Below are positions 28,565 through 39,987 of a stretch of 64,000 nucleotides of DNA, in pieces. Under the pieces are notes generated by a model that saw only the letters and a list, made by a program, of their open reading frames with translations, was not told the origin of the DNA and made no database searches. The DNA comes from Prochlorococcus sp. AG-679-K21. GTDB lineage: Bacteria; Cyanobacteriota; Cyanobacteriia; PCC-6307; Cyanobiaceae. The translations under genes and the position numbers were made by a program. The stretch spans positions 12,750 to 76,749 of the forward strand of contig QCUP01000001.1 in the NCBI GenBank assembly GCA_003208885.1. The letters run 5' to 3'. Within the stretch, counting starts at the first letter, position 1. The number at the start of each line of letters is the position of its first letter.

Positions 28565-30274
28565 TTAATCTAAATCAATAATTTCCCCGTTAAAAAAATT
28601 CGCTAGATTTTTGGAACTATTATCGTAGGATTCTGTTTGAGGTTTATTAGTTTGGGGGGATGAATTTTCAAAATCAGTGCTTTGTCTTTCCTTGTTTTCA
28701 ATTGGTTTTTTAATTACTTTCTCTTGTGATTTTGTAGAGTTAGTAATATCAAATTTTTTGCTAGAAAAGTTAAGTTTTACTTTATCCCCAAAGATTTTTT
28801 TTATAGCATTCTCAATTATGATTTTTCGACTCTTGATCATATTTTCCCAATTGGGAGATAATGCTATTAAAACTTCATTCGAATCTATACTTGCAAGTTC
28901 TGCTTGCTGAGAAAGTAACATTCTTGTTGATGGCAATTCTAATTTAGACAGAATTAACTCCCACTTTTCTTTTAAATAATCAGTTTGATTATCATGTTGA
29001 GAATTAGTCTTGATATCTTGATTATTAATTAATTCCTTGTTATTAATAGTTGTTGATTCAATTTGTTTTTTATCATCATCAGATATAACTTGTTTAGTAA
29101 TTAATTCTTTGTTATTAATAGTCTGTTGATTTATATTTACTTCATTACTTTTTACATTATTAACTATATTTTCTTTATCATTATTTTCTATAAGACTTGT
29201 TAGGTGAATTTCTAGCCATAATCTTGGATTATCGCTTGTTTTAATTTGATAATCAACATTCTTAAGCTTGTTATGCCAATCAATTATCCTAGTCTTACTT
29301 ATGTTATTAGAAAATTTATTTAATTCATTTTGAAACTCAATAGATGTATAAAAAATATCTGAATAATTATTATTTAAAGTTTTAAGTAATAGATCTCTAG
29401 TAATATTTAATAATCCAACTAATATCTCATGAGGTTCATTCCCTGCATTATATAAGTCATTACAACTAATTAATAAAGACTCAGGGTCATTATTAATTAA
29501 TCCATTGATTAAATTAGTTAAATCATTTTCGGATACTTCTCCTAGTAAATTTTGAACATTAGTTGTGGTTACCCCGTTAGGAAGAAGACTTAATTGATCT
29601 AGTAAACTTTGTGCATCACGCATTCCACCATTAGATCTTTTTGCAATAAGTTTTAGAGCTTGATCTTCAAACTTTATTGATTCTTTATTTGCTATCTCTG
29701 AAAGATTGTGGAAAATAGCATTTGAGCTGACTCTCTTAAAATCAAATTTTTGACACCTACTTTGAATAGTATTTATAACTCTTTCAGGATTTGTAGTCGC
29801 AAGAATAAAAACAACTCTTTCAGGTGGTTCTTCAATAGTTTTGAGTAAAGCATTTGAAGCAGCTGTAGAAAGCATATGACATTCATCGATGACATATACT
29901 TTCCATCTTGCTTGAGTAGGGGCAAATCTTGCCCTATCTATTATTTCTCGTATATTTTCAACTCCAGTATTAGATGCGGCATCAATTTCAATAATATCTA
30001 GGGCATTTCCATCTGCAATTTGTTTGCATAATTCGCATTTTCCACATGGATTAGCCGTAGGTTGTTCAAAAGATAAACAATTTAATGACTTTGCAAATAT
30101 TCTTGCACTTGATGTTTTCCCCGTCCCTCTTGGTCCATTAAAAAGATAAGCAGGGGCAATTTTCTGAGATATTAATGCTTGTTTGAGAGTTATTGATATA
30201 AATTCTTGACCAACCAGCTGATCAAGGTTTCTAGGCCTATATTTTTGATGAAAAGGTTTATGTATATTACGCAT
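28565..30274 (-). CDS. dnaX: DNA polymerase III gamma/tau
   Basis: KYRP, GPRGTGKT, CGKCELC, EIDAAS, IDECHML, SRC, GGMRDA. Confidence 0.96.
   Translation of the reverse strand: MRNIHKPFHQKYRPRNLDQLVGQEFISITLKQALISQKIAPAYLFNGPRGTGKTSSARIFAKSLNCLSFEQPTANPCGKCELCKQIADGNALDIIEIDAASNTGVENIREIIDRARFAPTQARWKVYVIDECHMLSTAASNALLKTIEEPPERVVFILATTNPERVINTIQSRCQKFDFKRVSSNAIFHNLSEIANKESIKFEDQALKLIAKRSNGGMRDAQSLLDQLSLLPNGVTTTNVQNLLGEVSENDLTNLINGLINNDPESLLISCNDLYNAGNEPHEILVGLLNITRDLLLKTLNNNYSDIFYTSIEFQNELNKFSNNISKTRIIDWHNKLKNVDYQIKTSDNPRLWLEIHLTSLIENNDKENIVNNVKSNEVNINQQTINNKELITKQVISDDDKKQIESTTINNKELINNQDIKTNSQHDNQTDYLKEKWELILSKLELPSTRMLLSQQAELASIDSNEVLIALSPNWENMIKSRKIIIENAIKKIFGDKVKLNFSSKKFDITNSTKSQEKVIKKPIENKERQSTDFENSSPQTNKPQTESYDNSSKNLANFFNGEIIDLD
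29026..29122. repeat. 25-nt direct repeat (1 mismatch), 72 nt apart, in the dnaX linker
   Basis: taattaattccttgttattaatagt (29026-29050) and taattaattctttgttattaatagt (29098-29122); encodes TINNKELI twice. Confidence 0.85.
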
Positions 30275-30330
30275 TTATTATTATTAATTAAATGATTAAG
30301 GTTAAATTTATAAAAAGATAACCTCAATTA

Positions 30331-31698
30331 TTATGCAGATTCTTTAATAATCCTACTAGGTCCTGAGGGAAGTTTAACAATTTTCGATGAGAAGAGTTTG
30401 TCTACCATTTTTTTCGTAATAGTGAACTCTTTTACTTCTTCTTGTGATGGAAGTGTATACATTAAATCAAGCATTAATTCTTCAATTATTGATCTAAGAG
30501 CTCTAGCACCTGTTTTCCTTTTAAAAGCTTCATTAGCAATTGCCTCCACAGCTTCTGGTTCGAAATTTAATTCAACGTTATCCATACTTAATAAAGTTTT
30601 AAATTGCTTTACTAGTGCGTCTCTTGGTTCAGTCAGAATTGATTCAAGTGTTTCTTTAGTAAGACGATCTAATACCGCGCATACAGGAATTCTTCCTATG
30701 AATTCTGGAATTAATCCATATTTGACTAGATCATCTAGTTCCAAATGCTTGAGAGCATCTCGGGGATCAACTGTTTTTTTTGCATTTAACTTGCTTTCGT
30801 CAGGGTTAGTAGTAAATCCAATGGAATGTTTCCCTAAACGTTTTTGAACAATATCCTCTAAACCTATAAATGCACCTCCACATATAAATAAAATCTGGCT
30901 TGTATCGATTTGAATGCAGTCATGGTAGGGGTGCTTTCTTCCTCCTTGTGGTGGAACATTGGCAATTGTTCCTTCAAGCATTTTTAATAATGCTTGTTGA
31001 ACTCCTTCTCCTGATACATCTCTTGTGATTGATGGATTTTCACTTTTTCTAGCGATTTTGTCTATCTCATCAATGTATATGATCCCCTTTTGAGCTAAAT
31101 CTACATTCATTTCTGACTTTTGTAGAAGTCTCAATAGGATATTTTCAACATCTTCGCCAACATATCCAGCTTCAGTAAGACTTGTTGCGTCAGCCACTGC
31201 AAAAGGAACATCTAGAAATTCGGCTAAAGTTTGTGCTAGTAACGTTTTGCCACTCCCCGTTGGGCCAATTAGTAAGATATTTGATTTTTGTAGTTTAGTT
31301 GATTGGGAATCATTAGAATTGTTTTCTTTATCTTCTTCTTTTAATCTCCAGGCTAGTCTTTTATAATGATTATAAACAGCAACGGATAGTATTTTTTTTG
31401 CAGATTCTTGACCTACAACCTGGTTATCAAGAAAAGTTTTTATTTCAAGTGGTTTTGGTATAGAAGTTAATTCTAAAGGGATAGATTTATCAGGATTATT
31501 AGTTGGTAATTTTTTCTTTACTTGTGTGGAGTTATTCAGTTTTGTTTGAGTATCAATTAATTCTTCATCGAGAATTTCATTACAAAGGTCTATACATTCA
31601 TCACAAATGTAAACTCCGGGACCAGCTATAAGTTTTCTAACTTGATCTTGTGATTTACCACAAAATGAACATTTTAGATGGGCGTCGAATTTAGCCAT
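30331..31698 (-). CDS. clpX: ATP-dependent Clp protease ATPase
   Basis: CSFC...CDEC zinc domain, [21 protein letters not shown] loop, GARALR. Confidence 0.98.
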   Translation of the reverse strand: MAKFDAHLKCSFCGKSQDQVRKLIAGPGVYICDECIDLCNEILDEELIDTQTKLNNSTQVKKKLPTNNPDKSIPLELTSIPKPLEIKTFLDNQVVGQESAKKILSVAVYNHYKRLAWRLKEEDKENNSNDSQSTKLQKSNILLIGPTGSGKTLLAQTLAEFLDVPFAVADATSLTEAGYVGEDVENILLRLLQKSEMNVDLAQKGIIYIDEIDKIARKSENPSITRDVSGEGVQQALLKMLEGTIANVPPQGGRKHPYHDCIQIDTSQILFICGGAFIGLEDIVQKRLGKHSIGFTTNPDESKLNAKKTVDPRDALKHLELDDLVKYGLIPEFIGRIPVCAVLDRLTKETLESILTEPRDALVKQFKTLLSMDNVELNFEPEAVEAIANEAFKRKTGARALRSIIEELMLDLMYTLPSQEEVKEFTITKKMVDKLFSSKIVKLPSGPSRIIKESA

Positions 31699-31798
31699 CG
31701 ATTATCAAAGCGTGTTTAGAAAAAAAGGTTAAATATCCTTTACTTATTAGGATTGCTTATAAAATTGGATTCGTCATCATATTCTTAAAATATTCCCT

Positions 31799-32449
31799 TT
31801 ACTTGTCATTTTTTATGACTTTATCAATTAATCCATATTCAACTGCTTCTGCTGGGGATAGAAAATAGTCTCTTTCAGTATCTTCATTAATTTTTTCTAA
31901 AGATTGACCGGTATGCTCTGCTAAGAGAGAATTTAATGTTTTTTTGAGAAATAGTATTTCTTTTGCTTGTATCTCAATTTCTACTGCTTGGCCCTGAGCA
32001 CCTCCAAGAGGCTGGTGAATCATTATTCTCGAATTAGGTAAAGCTAGCCTTTTTCCTTTCGCTCCCCCACTAAGGAGGAATGCCCCCATACTTGCAGCCA
32101 CGCCGAAACAAATTGTTGCAACGTCCGGAGAGATTTGCTGTATTGTATCGTATATAGCTAATCCAGCAGTTACAGAACCACCGGGAGAATTAATATATAT
32201 CTGGATGTCTTTTTCAGGATCCTCGGCTTCTAGAAATAATAATTGTGCAACTAGTGAATCCGATACTTGATCATTAATTCCGGTACCTAAAAATATTATC
32301 CTTTCCCTTAATAATCTTGAATAAATATCAAATGCTCTTTCTCCTCTTCCTGATTGTTCGACTACAGTAGGTACAGCAGATCTCGAGTTTTCAATAACAT
32401 TGCGAGAATATATTGAACTTTGGATTAAATGTTTTTTTTCAGAATACAC
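31799..32449 (-). CDS. clpP: Clp protease proteolytic subunit
   Basis: DIYSRLL, AASMG (Ser), MIHQP (His), ERDYF (Asp): intact triad. Confidence 0.97.
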   Translation of the reverse strand: MYSEKKHLIQSSIYSRNVIENSRSAVPTVVEQSGRGERAFDIYSRLLRERIIFLGTGINDQVSDSLVAQLLFLEAEDPEKDIQIYINSPGGSVTAGLAIYDTIQQISPDVATICFGVAASMGAFLLSGGAKGKRLALPNSRIMIHQPLGGAQGQAVEIEIQAKEILFLKKTLNSLLAEHTGQSLEKINEDTERDYFLSPAEAVEYGLIDKVIKNDK

Positions 32450-32514
32450 TTAGTTAATATCTTTCTATTCCTAATTTAGGGGTTTTTTTGTTGATTAGTT
32501 AAATTTTTTATAAA

Positions 32515-33936
32515 TTAAATTTTTTCTTTTTTATTTATCTTAGGTTTACTTTTAGTTTGGACGCCTTTTTTTGTAGTTGCTTTTTTGGTTGTTTTTGTGG
32601 TTAATTTTGTTGCTTTTTCACTGATTTCTTTTACGGCTGAATTTTCTTCAAGCCAAGTGATTAACTTTTCTTGTAGGAGATCGTTATGTACTACATCTTT
32701 TAATTTCTGAATGTCAATTTGTTTTGTTGATTTAGAAATTTCATCTTCATATTCCTTCATTTTCTGATCTATTTCTTCATCCTCGACTGTAATTTTTTCT
32801 TTTTCTGATAATGCTTTTAAAGCTAAATTTCTTTGAACATTTTTTTCAGCTTGAGGACGAGTTGATTCTGCTAAAGATTTCACTAATTCTGGAGTAAAAG
32901 TTGATTTAATATCCATTCCTTGTTGAGCAAATCTTTGCGCTGTTTGTTCAATATTATTTCTAACTTCAATATCAATCATTGCTTTTGGAATCTCGGCATC
33001 TAACTCTTTGGATAGTGCATCCATTAAAGCTTCAACTTTTATATTTTTTTGAGTATTATCAAAATTCTCCTTAAGTTGTTTTTCTATATCTTTTTTTAAT
33101 TCTTTTAATGTATCTTTATTTCCAGATTGTTTTGCAAAATCATCATTAAGTTCAGGCAATTCTTTTTCTTTAAGATCTTTGAGACTTATTTCAAAGATTG
33201 CTTCTTTACCTCTGGAATCTTCATGAGAATAGTCTTCAGGGAATCTTAGAGTAAGAGTTTTATCATCATCAATTTTCATACCAACGATTCCCTCAACGAA
33301 GCCTGGAATCATTTTGTTCTTTTCTAATTCAAGATCCATTGAATCACTAGATCCTCCGTCGATTTCTTTTTTGGAATCTTTGTAAATACCTTTGAAACTA
33401 ACCACCGCGATGTCTCCTAACTTAGCAGGTCTATTATTAACTGGAATAATATTTGCTAATTGATTTCTTGATTTTTCTAAAGCTTCATCTATGGATTTGG
33501 GGTCAAACTTACTTTTTTTAATCTCAACTGATAGACCTTTAGATTTTTTTAATTTTAATTCGGGTGCAACATCAGTTTGTAGAGTAATTTTTAAAGGTTT
33601 TTCTGGATTAAAAATTTTTAGTATTGATTCAAATCCATCAACTAATTCTGGTTCACTTAGTGGCTCTATTGATTCCATTGTTAAAGCCTGGTTCCAAGAT
33701 TTATCAATTATTTTTTCTAGGGCAGAGGCATGTAGTTGAGTAATGCCGATTCGTTGTATTAATACTTGTTTTGGAATTTTGCCAAGCCTAAATCCAGGAA
33801 TTTTGGCCGAACGACTAATTGAATTTATTGTCTCATTTATGCATGATTTGCATGTATTAGATGGGATTTCTAATTCAAGTGCAACTCTACTTTGAGGTAG
33901 TGCGGTTGTTTTTACTATTAATTCTTCTTTAATCAT
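32515..33936 (-). CDS. tig: Trigger factor
   Basis: IPGFRLGKIP ribosome-binding motif, FKBP domain (MIPGFVEG, FPEDY). Confidence 0.96.
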   Translation of the reverse strand: MIKEELIVKTTALPQSRVALELEIPSNTCKSCINETINSISRSAKIPGFRLGKIPKQVLIQRIGITQLHASALEKIIDKSWNQALTMESIEPLSEPELVDGFESILKIFNPEKPLKITLQTDVAPELKLKKSKGLSVEIKKSKFDPKSIDEALEKSRNQLANIIPVNNRPAKLGDIAVVSFKGIYKDSKKEIDGGSSDSMDLELEKNKMIPGFVEGIVGMKIDDDKTLTLRFPEDYSHEDSRGKEAIFEISLKDLKEKELPELNDDFAKQSGNKDTLKELKKDIEKQLKENFDNTQKNIKVEALMDALSKELDAEIPKAMIDIEVRNNIEQTAQRFAQQGMDIKSTFTPELVKSLAESTRPQAEKNVQRNLALKALSEKEKITVEDEEIDQKMKEYEDEISKSTKQIDIQKLKDVVHNDLLQEKLITWLEENSAVKEISEKATKLTTKTTKKATTKKGVQTKSKPKINKKEKI

Positions 33937-34063
33937 GTTTGATTTTTTAAAATTATTACATTAGGCAGAAACTTAATTATTCCACATTAAGTGATTTCCT
34001 TGAAGTTAACTTTTTTGATACAGTAAGAAAAATATTAAATTTCATAATCTTTAAATTTATATA

Positions 34064-35095
34064 GTGAGAAATTCTCCTTTTTTGCCAAATAGACCATTAA
34101 AAGTAGCTGTTTTAGGCTCTTCAGGTGCTGTTGGATCTGAACTACTTAAAATTCTTGAAGAAAGAGATTTTCCTATCTCAGAATTAGTTTTGCTTTCATC
34201 ACAGCGGTCAGAAGGAAAAATAGTCAAATGGAAAGGAGAAGAAATTATTACTAAAAAAGCTTCAAAAGAAGAATTTTTGAATGTTGATTTAGTTCTTGCT
34301 TCCGCTGGTGGAAGTATTTCAAAACAATGGTTATCTACAGTTAAAGATCAAAATGCTGTATTAATTGATAATTCAAGTGCTTTCAGATTAGAAAATGACG
34401 TTCCTCTTGTTGTTCCGGAAGTCAATGCTTCTGAAGCTTTAAAGCATAATGGTGTTATCGCTAATCCTAATTGCACAACTATATTACTGACTTTAGTTTT
34501 AGCTCCTTTGAATAAAATTTCGCGGATTAAAAGAGTAATCGTTTCAACTTATCAATCGGTAAGTGGAGCCGGGCAATTAGCAATGGAAGAATTACAGTTT
34601 TTAACTAAGCAATATTTGCAGGGTGATCCTAAAGAAAGTGAAGTATTACCATATTCCTTGGCATTTAATCTATTTCTACATAATTCACCAATGCTTTCAA
34701 ATAATTACTGCGAAGAAGAGATGAAAATGACCAATGAAACTCGCAAAATACTAAATATTACTGATTTAAAACTTTCTTCAACATGTGTTCGAGTTCCAGT
34801 TCTTAGAGCCCATTCTGAATCAGTTAATATTGAATTTGATAATGTTATCAAGCCTTCTCATGCTATTAACCAATTGAAAAAAGCTAAAGGTTTAGAAATA
34901 CTAGAAGATTATGCAAAAAATAGGTTCCCCATGCCAAATGATGTAATGGGAAGAGATAATATTGCGGTAGGAAGAATAAGAACCGATATTAGTAATCCTA
35001 ATGGATTAGAATTATGGTTATGTGGAGATCAAATAAGGAAAGGAGCGGCGCTTAATGCTGTTCAAATAGCTGAATTATTAATTACAAAAAAATGA
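34064..35095 (+). CDS. asd: Aspartate-semialdehyde dehydrogenase
   Basis: [47 protein letters not shown]. Confidence 0.97.
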   Translation: MRNSPFLPNRPLKVAVLGSSGAVGSELLKILEERDFPISELVLLSSQRSEGKIVKWKGEEIITKKASKEEFLNVDLVLASAGGSISKQWLSTVKDQNAVLIDNSSAFRLENDVPLVVPEVNASEALKHNGVIANPNCTTILLTLVLAPLNKISRIKRVIVSTYQSVSGAGQLAMEELQFLTKQYLQGDPKESEVLPYSLAFNLFLHNSPMLSNNYCEEEMKMTNETRKILNITDLKLSSTCVRVPVLRAHSESVNIEFDNVIKPSHAINQLKKAKGLEILEDYAKNRFPMPNDVMGRDNIAVGRIRTDISNPNGLELWLCGDQIRKGAALNAVQIAELLITKK

Positions 35096-36000
35096 TTCCA
35101 AACAATACTAAATTTGCTAATCCATTATTCGGAAGAATTTTGACAGCTATGGTTACTCCATTTAAAGAAAATGGCGCAGTTGATTATGAATTAGCTATTA
35201 AACTTTCTAATTACCTTTGTGAAAATGGATCTGATGGAATTGTGCTTTGTGGGACCACAGGAGAGTCTCCCACTCTTACATGGACTGAACAACATAATTT
35301 GTTTGTTGCAGTAAAAGGTTCTTTAAAGTCTAGATCTAAAGTGATTGTTGGTACAGGTAGTAACTGTACCAGTGAGGCTATAGAAGCTACCCAAAAAGCT
35401 TATGAATTTGGTGCGGATGGTGCTTTAGTTGTTGTCCCTTACTATAATAAACCCCCTCAAGAAGGTCTTTATAAACACTTTAGTTCTATAGCTAATGCAG
35501 CTAGTGATTTACCTTTAATGTTATATAACATCCCTGGAAGAACTGGTTGTAATTTATTGCCCACCACTGTAAATAAACTTATGGATTTTCCAAATATTCT
35601 CAGTATTAAAGCAGCAAGCGGTAGAATAGAAGAAGTGACAGAGTTAAGGGCAGCATGCGGCTCTAAACTTTCAATATATAGTGGCGATGATTCATTGTTG
35701 CTTCCTATGTTATCTGTTGGTGCTGTTGGTGTAGTAAGCGTTGCGAGCCACATTGTTGGGTTGCAGCTAAAAATTATGATTGAATCATTTCAAAAAGGTG
35801 AAATATCTATCGCTCTTGATATTCATGAAAAACTGCAACCACTTTTCAAGGCACTCTTTGAAACAACAAACCCAATTCCCATCAAAGCAGCTTTAGAACT
35901 AAAAGGCTGGCAGGTTGGTTCTCCTAGGAATCCATTAACCCCTCTTATTAAAGAAAAGAGAGAAGGCTTACTTCAGATAATTCAAAATCTGTCTTTGTAA
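35092..36000 (+). CDS. dapA: 4-hydroxy-tetrahydrodipicolinate synthase
   Basis: [23 protein letters not shown], Schiff-base Lys in SIKAASG, SGDD; ATGA overlap with asd. Confidence 0.97.
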   Translation: MIPNNTKFANPLFGRILTAMVTPFKENGAVDYELAIKLSNYLCENGSDGIVLCGTTGESPTLTWTEQHNLFVAVKGSLKSRSKVIVGTGSNCTSEAIEATQKAYEFGADGALVVVPYYNKPPQEGLYKHFSSIANAASDLPLMLYNIPGRTGCNLLPTTVNKLMDFPNILSIKAASGRIEEVTELRAACGSKLSIYSGDDSLLLPMLSVGAVGVVSVASHIVGLQLKIMIESFQKGEISIALDIHEKLQPLFKALFETTNPIPIKAALELKGWQVGSPRNPLTPLIKEKREGLLQIIQNLSL

Positions 36001-36086
36001 ATACTTTTTTTAACGCTTTAATAAAGTTACTTTTACTTTAATAACCACAAATAATCACATTTTTTGCTTGTTAAAATACTATTATT

Positions 36087-38090
36087 ATGAATTCAAATCA
36101 AATCAAATCAAATAATAATCAAACCTTATCTCAAACAAAAAGATCAAATGAACCTGCTTTAAAAATTATTCCATTAGGGGGTCTTCATGAAATAGGCAAA
36201 AATACATGTGTTTTTGAATATCAAGATGACATCATTTTAATAGATGGGGGACTCGCTTTCCCAAGTGATGGCATGCATGGTGTGAATGTTGTTATGCCTG
36301 ACACGTCTTATTTGCAAGCTAACTTAAATAGATTTCGTGGAATGATAGTAACTCATGGTCACGAAGATCATATTGGTGGAATTTCTCATCATTTAAAGAA
36401 ATTTAATATTCCTGTGATTTATGGCCCACCTTTAGCGATCTCAATGCTGAAAGGAAAAATGGAAGAAGCAGGCGTGGCTGATAGGACAACAACTCAGACT
36501 ATAGAACCAAGGCAAGTTGTCAGACTTGGCCAGCATTTTTCATTAGAATTTATACGGAATACCCACTCAATTGGCGATAGTTTTTCTTTAGCTTTAACTA
36601 CTCCAGTAGGTGTTGTTTTCTTTACTGGGGACTTTAAATTTGATCATCTACCACCAGATAACAAACATGCTGATATTGAAAGAATGGCATTTTATGGAGA
36701 GAAGGGGGTTCTTTGCTTACTCTCAGACTCTACAAATTCTGAAGTAAAGGGTTTTGTCCCTTCAGAAATTTCTGTTTTTCCAAATTTAGATCGAATAATA
36801 TCTGAAGCCAAAGGTAGAGTGATGCTTACTACTTTTGCAAGTTCAACCCATAGAGTTGCTATGGTGATCCAATTAGCAATGAAGCATGGACGTAAAATTG
36901 GATTAATGGGACGATCAATGCTAAATGTTGTTGGTAAATGTCGTGAATTAGGTTATATCAAATGTCCTGATGATCTCTTTTTTCCGATTAAAAGTATAAG
37001 AGATTTACCGGATAGAGAAACCTTACTCTTAATGACAGGTAGTCAAGGAGAGGTAATGGCTGCATTAAGTAGGATCGGAAGAGATGAACATCCACACGTT
37101 AAACTCAAAACCACTGATACAGTTATTTTTTCTTCCAGCCCAATACCCGGAAATACAATTTCTGTAGTGCACAGCATTGATAGATTAATTAAATTAGGAG
37201 CTAATGTTATTTATGGTAAAGAACATGGAATTCATGTTTCTGGTCATGGATGTAGAGATGATCAAAGATTGATGCTAGCGTTAATTAAACCAAAGTTTTT
37301 TGTTCCTGTACATGGCGAATATAGAATGCAAGTTCTGCATGGTAAAACCGCTGAATCGATGGGCGTAGATCCCAATAATATACTCATCCTCGATAATGGA
37401 GATACTATTGAGCTTAGAGCTGATTCAATGATTCAAGGAGATCCAGTAAAATCTGGAATTGAAATGTTGGATAATACGAGAACTTGTGTGGTAGATGCAA
37501 GAGCTCTAAAAGAGAGACAGCAGTTAGCAGATGATGGAATAGTTACTGTTTTAGCCCCTATAAGCACAGACGGTAATATGGTAGCTCCACCAAGAGTAAG
37601 TTTGAGAGGCGTAGTAATATCAGCTGATCCAAGAAAAATGTCTATGTGGACCGAAAGGGAGATAAATTGGGTACTCGAAAACCGCTGGAAACAATTATCA
37701 AGACAAACCAGTCCCAATAGTTTTGAAGTTGATTGGATTGGGGTCCAAAGAGAGATTGAAAATGGTTTAACTAGAAGAATGCGAAGAGAATTACAAGTAG
37801 AGCCATTAATTTTATGCCTAGCTCAACCTGCGCCAAGCGGAACCCGAGCTTATAAACCTCAAATAGTTAATGAGCAAAATCAGCATCCAAGAAATAAACA
37901 TTATCCAAATGTTAATAATCAAAATATAAACCGCAATCAAAATAACTACAAAAATAATCCATCAAATAAAAATATAAATCAAGTAAAGAATAATCAATCT
38001 ATAAAAGATTCCGTTAAGAATCCAATAACTAAGACTGAGGAGGCACCTGCCGGTAGGACTAGAAGAAGGAGATCTGCAGTATCATCCTAA
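36087..38090 (+). CDS. rnj: Ribonuclease J
   Basis: GGLHEIGKN, THGHEDHIG, HSI, GDFK, TGSQGE, HVSGH, PVHGE. Confidence 0.95.
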   Translation: MNSNQIKSNNNQTLSQTKRSNEPALKIIPLGGLHEIGKNTCVFEYQDDIILIDGGLAFPSDGMHGVNVVMPDTSYLQANLNRFRGMIVTHGHEDHIGGISHHLKKFNIPVIYGPPLAISMLKGKMEEAGVADRTTTQTIEPRQVVRLGQHFSLEFIRNTHSIGDSFSLALTTPVGVVFFTGDFKFDHLPPDNKHADIERMAFYGEKGVLCLLSDSTNSEVKGFVPSEISVFPNLDRIISEAKGRVMLTTFASSTHRVAMVIQLAMKHGRKIGLMGRSMLNVVGKCRELGYIKCPDDLFFPIKSIRDLPDRETLLLMTGSQGEVMAALSRIGRDEHPHVKLKTTDTVIFSSSPIPGNTISVVHSIDRLIKLGANVIYGKEHGIHVSGHGCRDDQRLMLALIKPKFFVPVHGEYRMQVLHGKTAESMGVDPNNILILDNGDTIELRADSMIQGDPVKSGIEMLDNTRTCVVDARALKERQQLADDGIVTVLAPISTDGNMVAPPRVSLRGVVISADPRKMSMWTEREINWVLENRWKQLSRQTSPNSFEVDWIGVQREIENGLTRRMRRELQVEPLILCLAQPAPSGTRAYKPQIVNEQNQHPRNKHYPNVNNQNINRNQNNYKNNPSNKNINQVKNNQSIKDSVKNPITKTEEAPAGRTRRRRSAVSS

Positions 38091-39097
38091 TTTCTTTTTA
38101 AATTTATATAGTTTTTATTCCAAACAATCTCATATCCATCTGGTAAATCTATTTGGCCTCTATCTTTCTCAAAAATTGAAGAAGCTAAATGAGTTAAATG
38201 TCTTGAGCTTAACTGTTTTGTACAATCCTTCTTTAGAAAAGTATTTAAAATGGTACATCTTGCTTCAATGCATAAGCTATTTAATAATTCCCTCTTTATC
38301 CCAATCGCATCTTTACAAGAAAGGTATGCAAGCTTACTTAGATCATTTTGTTCATTCTTATAATTGCTCATTTTTTCTGCAAAACTATTTATCCTATTAG
38401 AAGAACCAGGATACATAGTTTCTAGAATAGGAATAATTTTTTTTCTTACTAAATTTCTCTTAATCGTTAGATCGCAGTTAGTAGGGTCTTCCCAAATAGG
38501 AATGTTTTGAAGCTGGCAAAATTTCTTGGTATCTTCTCTACTAAATATTAATAATGGTCTTATTAAAAAAATGCGATGTTCAAGTAATCTTTTTTTGTCG
38601 ATATAGCTTAGTCCTGCATAATTGCTTCCCCTAGCTAAATTTAATAAAAATGTTTCTGCATTATCTGTGTTCGTGTGACCGGTTATTAAGTAAATATCAA
38701 TTTCTTTTTGGTTCTCAATAAATAATTGATTTGCCCTTTCACTTAATTTCTTATATCTCCAATCTCTAGCTTTTTCTTCAGAAGAAATATTATTTTTGTT
38801 AGCTCGATCAGAAAAAAATGAAATATTTTTTTTATTACAGTAACTTTTCAATTCAAGTGCATATTTTTCAGATTTTTCATGCCATTGATGATCTCCATGC
38901 CAAACATTCACAAACCAATTATGTTGCATTTTCATATCGTTGATTAGGTTCAATAATGCCATCGAATCTTGTCCTCCGGAAACTGCTATTAATAGATTTG
39001 CTCCATCCGGAATTAATGTTTTATTACTTAATATCTCTTTATGTAGAAGATGATGCCAGGAGGTCCAATTTTTTTGCGTTGAATTTTTATTAGACAT
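38087..39097 (-). CDS. tilS: tRNA(Ile)-lysidine synthetase
   Basis: PP-loop SGGQDS, EEKAR..RY, GH...DNAET, RPLL, DPTN, RN.VR. Confidence 0.93.
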   Translation of the reverse strand: MSNKNSTQKNWTSWHHLLHKEILSNKTLIPDGANLLIAVSGGQDSMALLNLINDMKMQHNWFVNVWHGDHQWHEKSEKYALELKSYCNKKNISFFSDRANKNNISSEEKARDWRYKKLSERANQLFIENQKEIDIYLITGHTNTDNAETFLLNLARGSNYAGLSYIDKKRLLEHRIFLIRPLLIFSREDTKKFCQLQNIPIWEDPTNCDLTIKRNLVRKKIIPILETMYPGSSNRINSFAEKMSNYKNEQNDLSKLAYLSCKDAIGIKRELLNSLCIEARCTILNTFLKKDCTKQLSSRHLTHLASSIFEKDRGQIDLPDGYEIVWNKNYINLKRN

Positions 39098-39182
39098 ATT
39101 GTTTAACTCAGATAATATTTTTTTAAAAATTCACTGTTTTAATAAAACAATGTCACAATCAGGTAATAAATTCATAAAGTCT

Positions 39183-39959
39183 ATGAGTCTGATTAATCTT
39201 TTGCCACAAAAAATTCAAGATGAGCTTAGCAGTAAATCTTTACTCAAAGTTATTTCAGGATTAAGTAATTTTGAAAACCGATCTGTAAAAAAAATTACAG
39301 AAGCAGCTTTTATGGGGGGAGCTGATTTAATTGATATAGCTTGTAAACCCGAATTAGTTGAATCCGCTTTCGAGATATCATCATTACCAATTTGCGTAAG
39401 TTCCGTAGAGCCTAAATCCTTTATAAATTCAGTTAAGGCAGGAGCGGCTCTAATCGAAATTGGCAATTACGATAGTTTTTATGACGAAGGAATTACTTTC
39501 TCGGATGAGAAAATTTTAAATCTAACAAAAGAAACTAAAGATCTTTTACCTAATATTCCTCTATCAGTAACGGTTCCTCATACTATGCCTATTGATAAAC
39601 AAGTAGATCTTGCAATTAAATTAGTTTTTGAAGGTGCTGATATTATTCAAACTGAAGGAGGCAAAAGTTCTAGCCCATATAGTTCAGGAATTCAAGGATT
39701 GTTAGAAAAGTCAGTACCTACTTTGGCAGCTACTTTTGCAATATTCAAGGAATTTGAGAAACAGTCTATTAATACTCCAATTATGAGTGCTTCAGGCTTA
39801 AGTGAGATATCATGTCCTTTGGCAGTATCATGTGGAGCTTCTGCTGTTGGTGTTGGATCTGTAGTAAATAAATTAGATGATTTAATATCAATGGTTGCTG
39901 TTGTAAGAGGCTTAAAAGAATCTTTGAAAAATTCAATGATTAGAGAAAAAATTTCCTAA
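39183..39959 (+). CDS. ycf23: DUF561 / Ycf23 TIM-barrel protein (likely start ATG 39183; track start 39099)
   Basis: LKVISGLSNF, GGADLIDIA, EIGNYDSFY, LSVTVPH, IQTEGG. Confidence 0.8.
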   Translation: MSLINLLPQKIQDELSSKSLLKVISGLSNFENRSVKKITEAAFMGGADLIDIACKPELVESAFEISSLPICVSSVEPKSFINSVKAGAALIEIGNYDSFYDEGITFSDEKILNLTKETKDLLPNIPLSVTVPHTMPIDKQVDLAIKLVFEGADIIQTEGGKSSSPYSSGIQGLLEKSVPTLAATFAIFKEFEKQSINTPIMSASGLSEISCPLAVSCGASAVGVGSVVNKLDDLISMVAVVRGLKESLKNSMIREKIS

Positions 39960-39961
39960 GA

Positions 39962-39967
39962 TATAAT
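39962..39967 (+). promoter_or_regulatory. Putative -10 element of uvrB
   Basis: Perfect TATAAT 20 nt upstream of the uvrB ATG; weak evidence in AT-rich DNA. Confidence 0.3.
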
Positions 39968-39987
39968 TAACTTAAGTTATTAGATGA

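Noticed and set aside
28565-30274. E. coli-type A AAA AAG programmed -1 frameshift producing gamma
   Set aside because: No such heptamer with a downstream hairpin seen in the linker.
31720-31741. Hairpin plus U-tract between clpP and clpX as an intrinsic terminator
   Set aside because: Only two G-C pairs; too weak to call.
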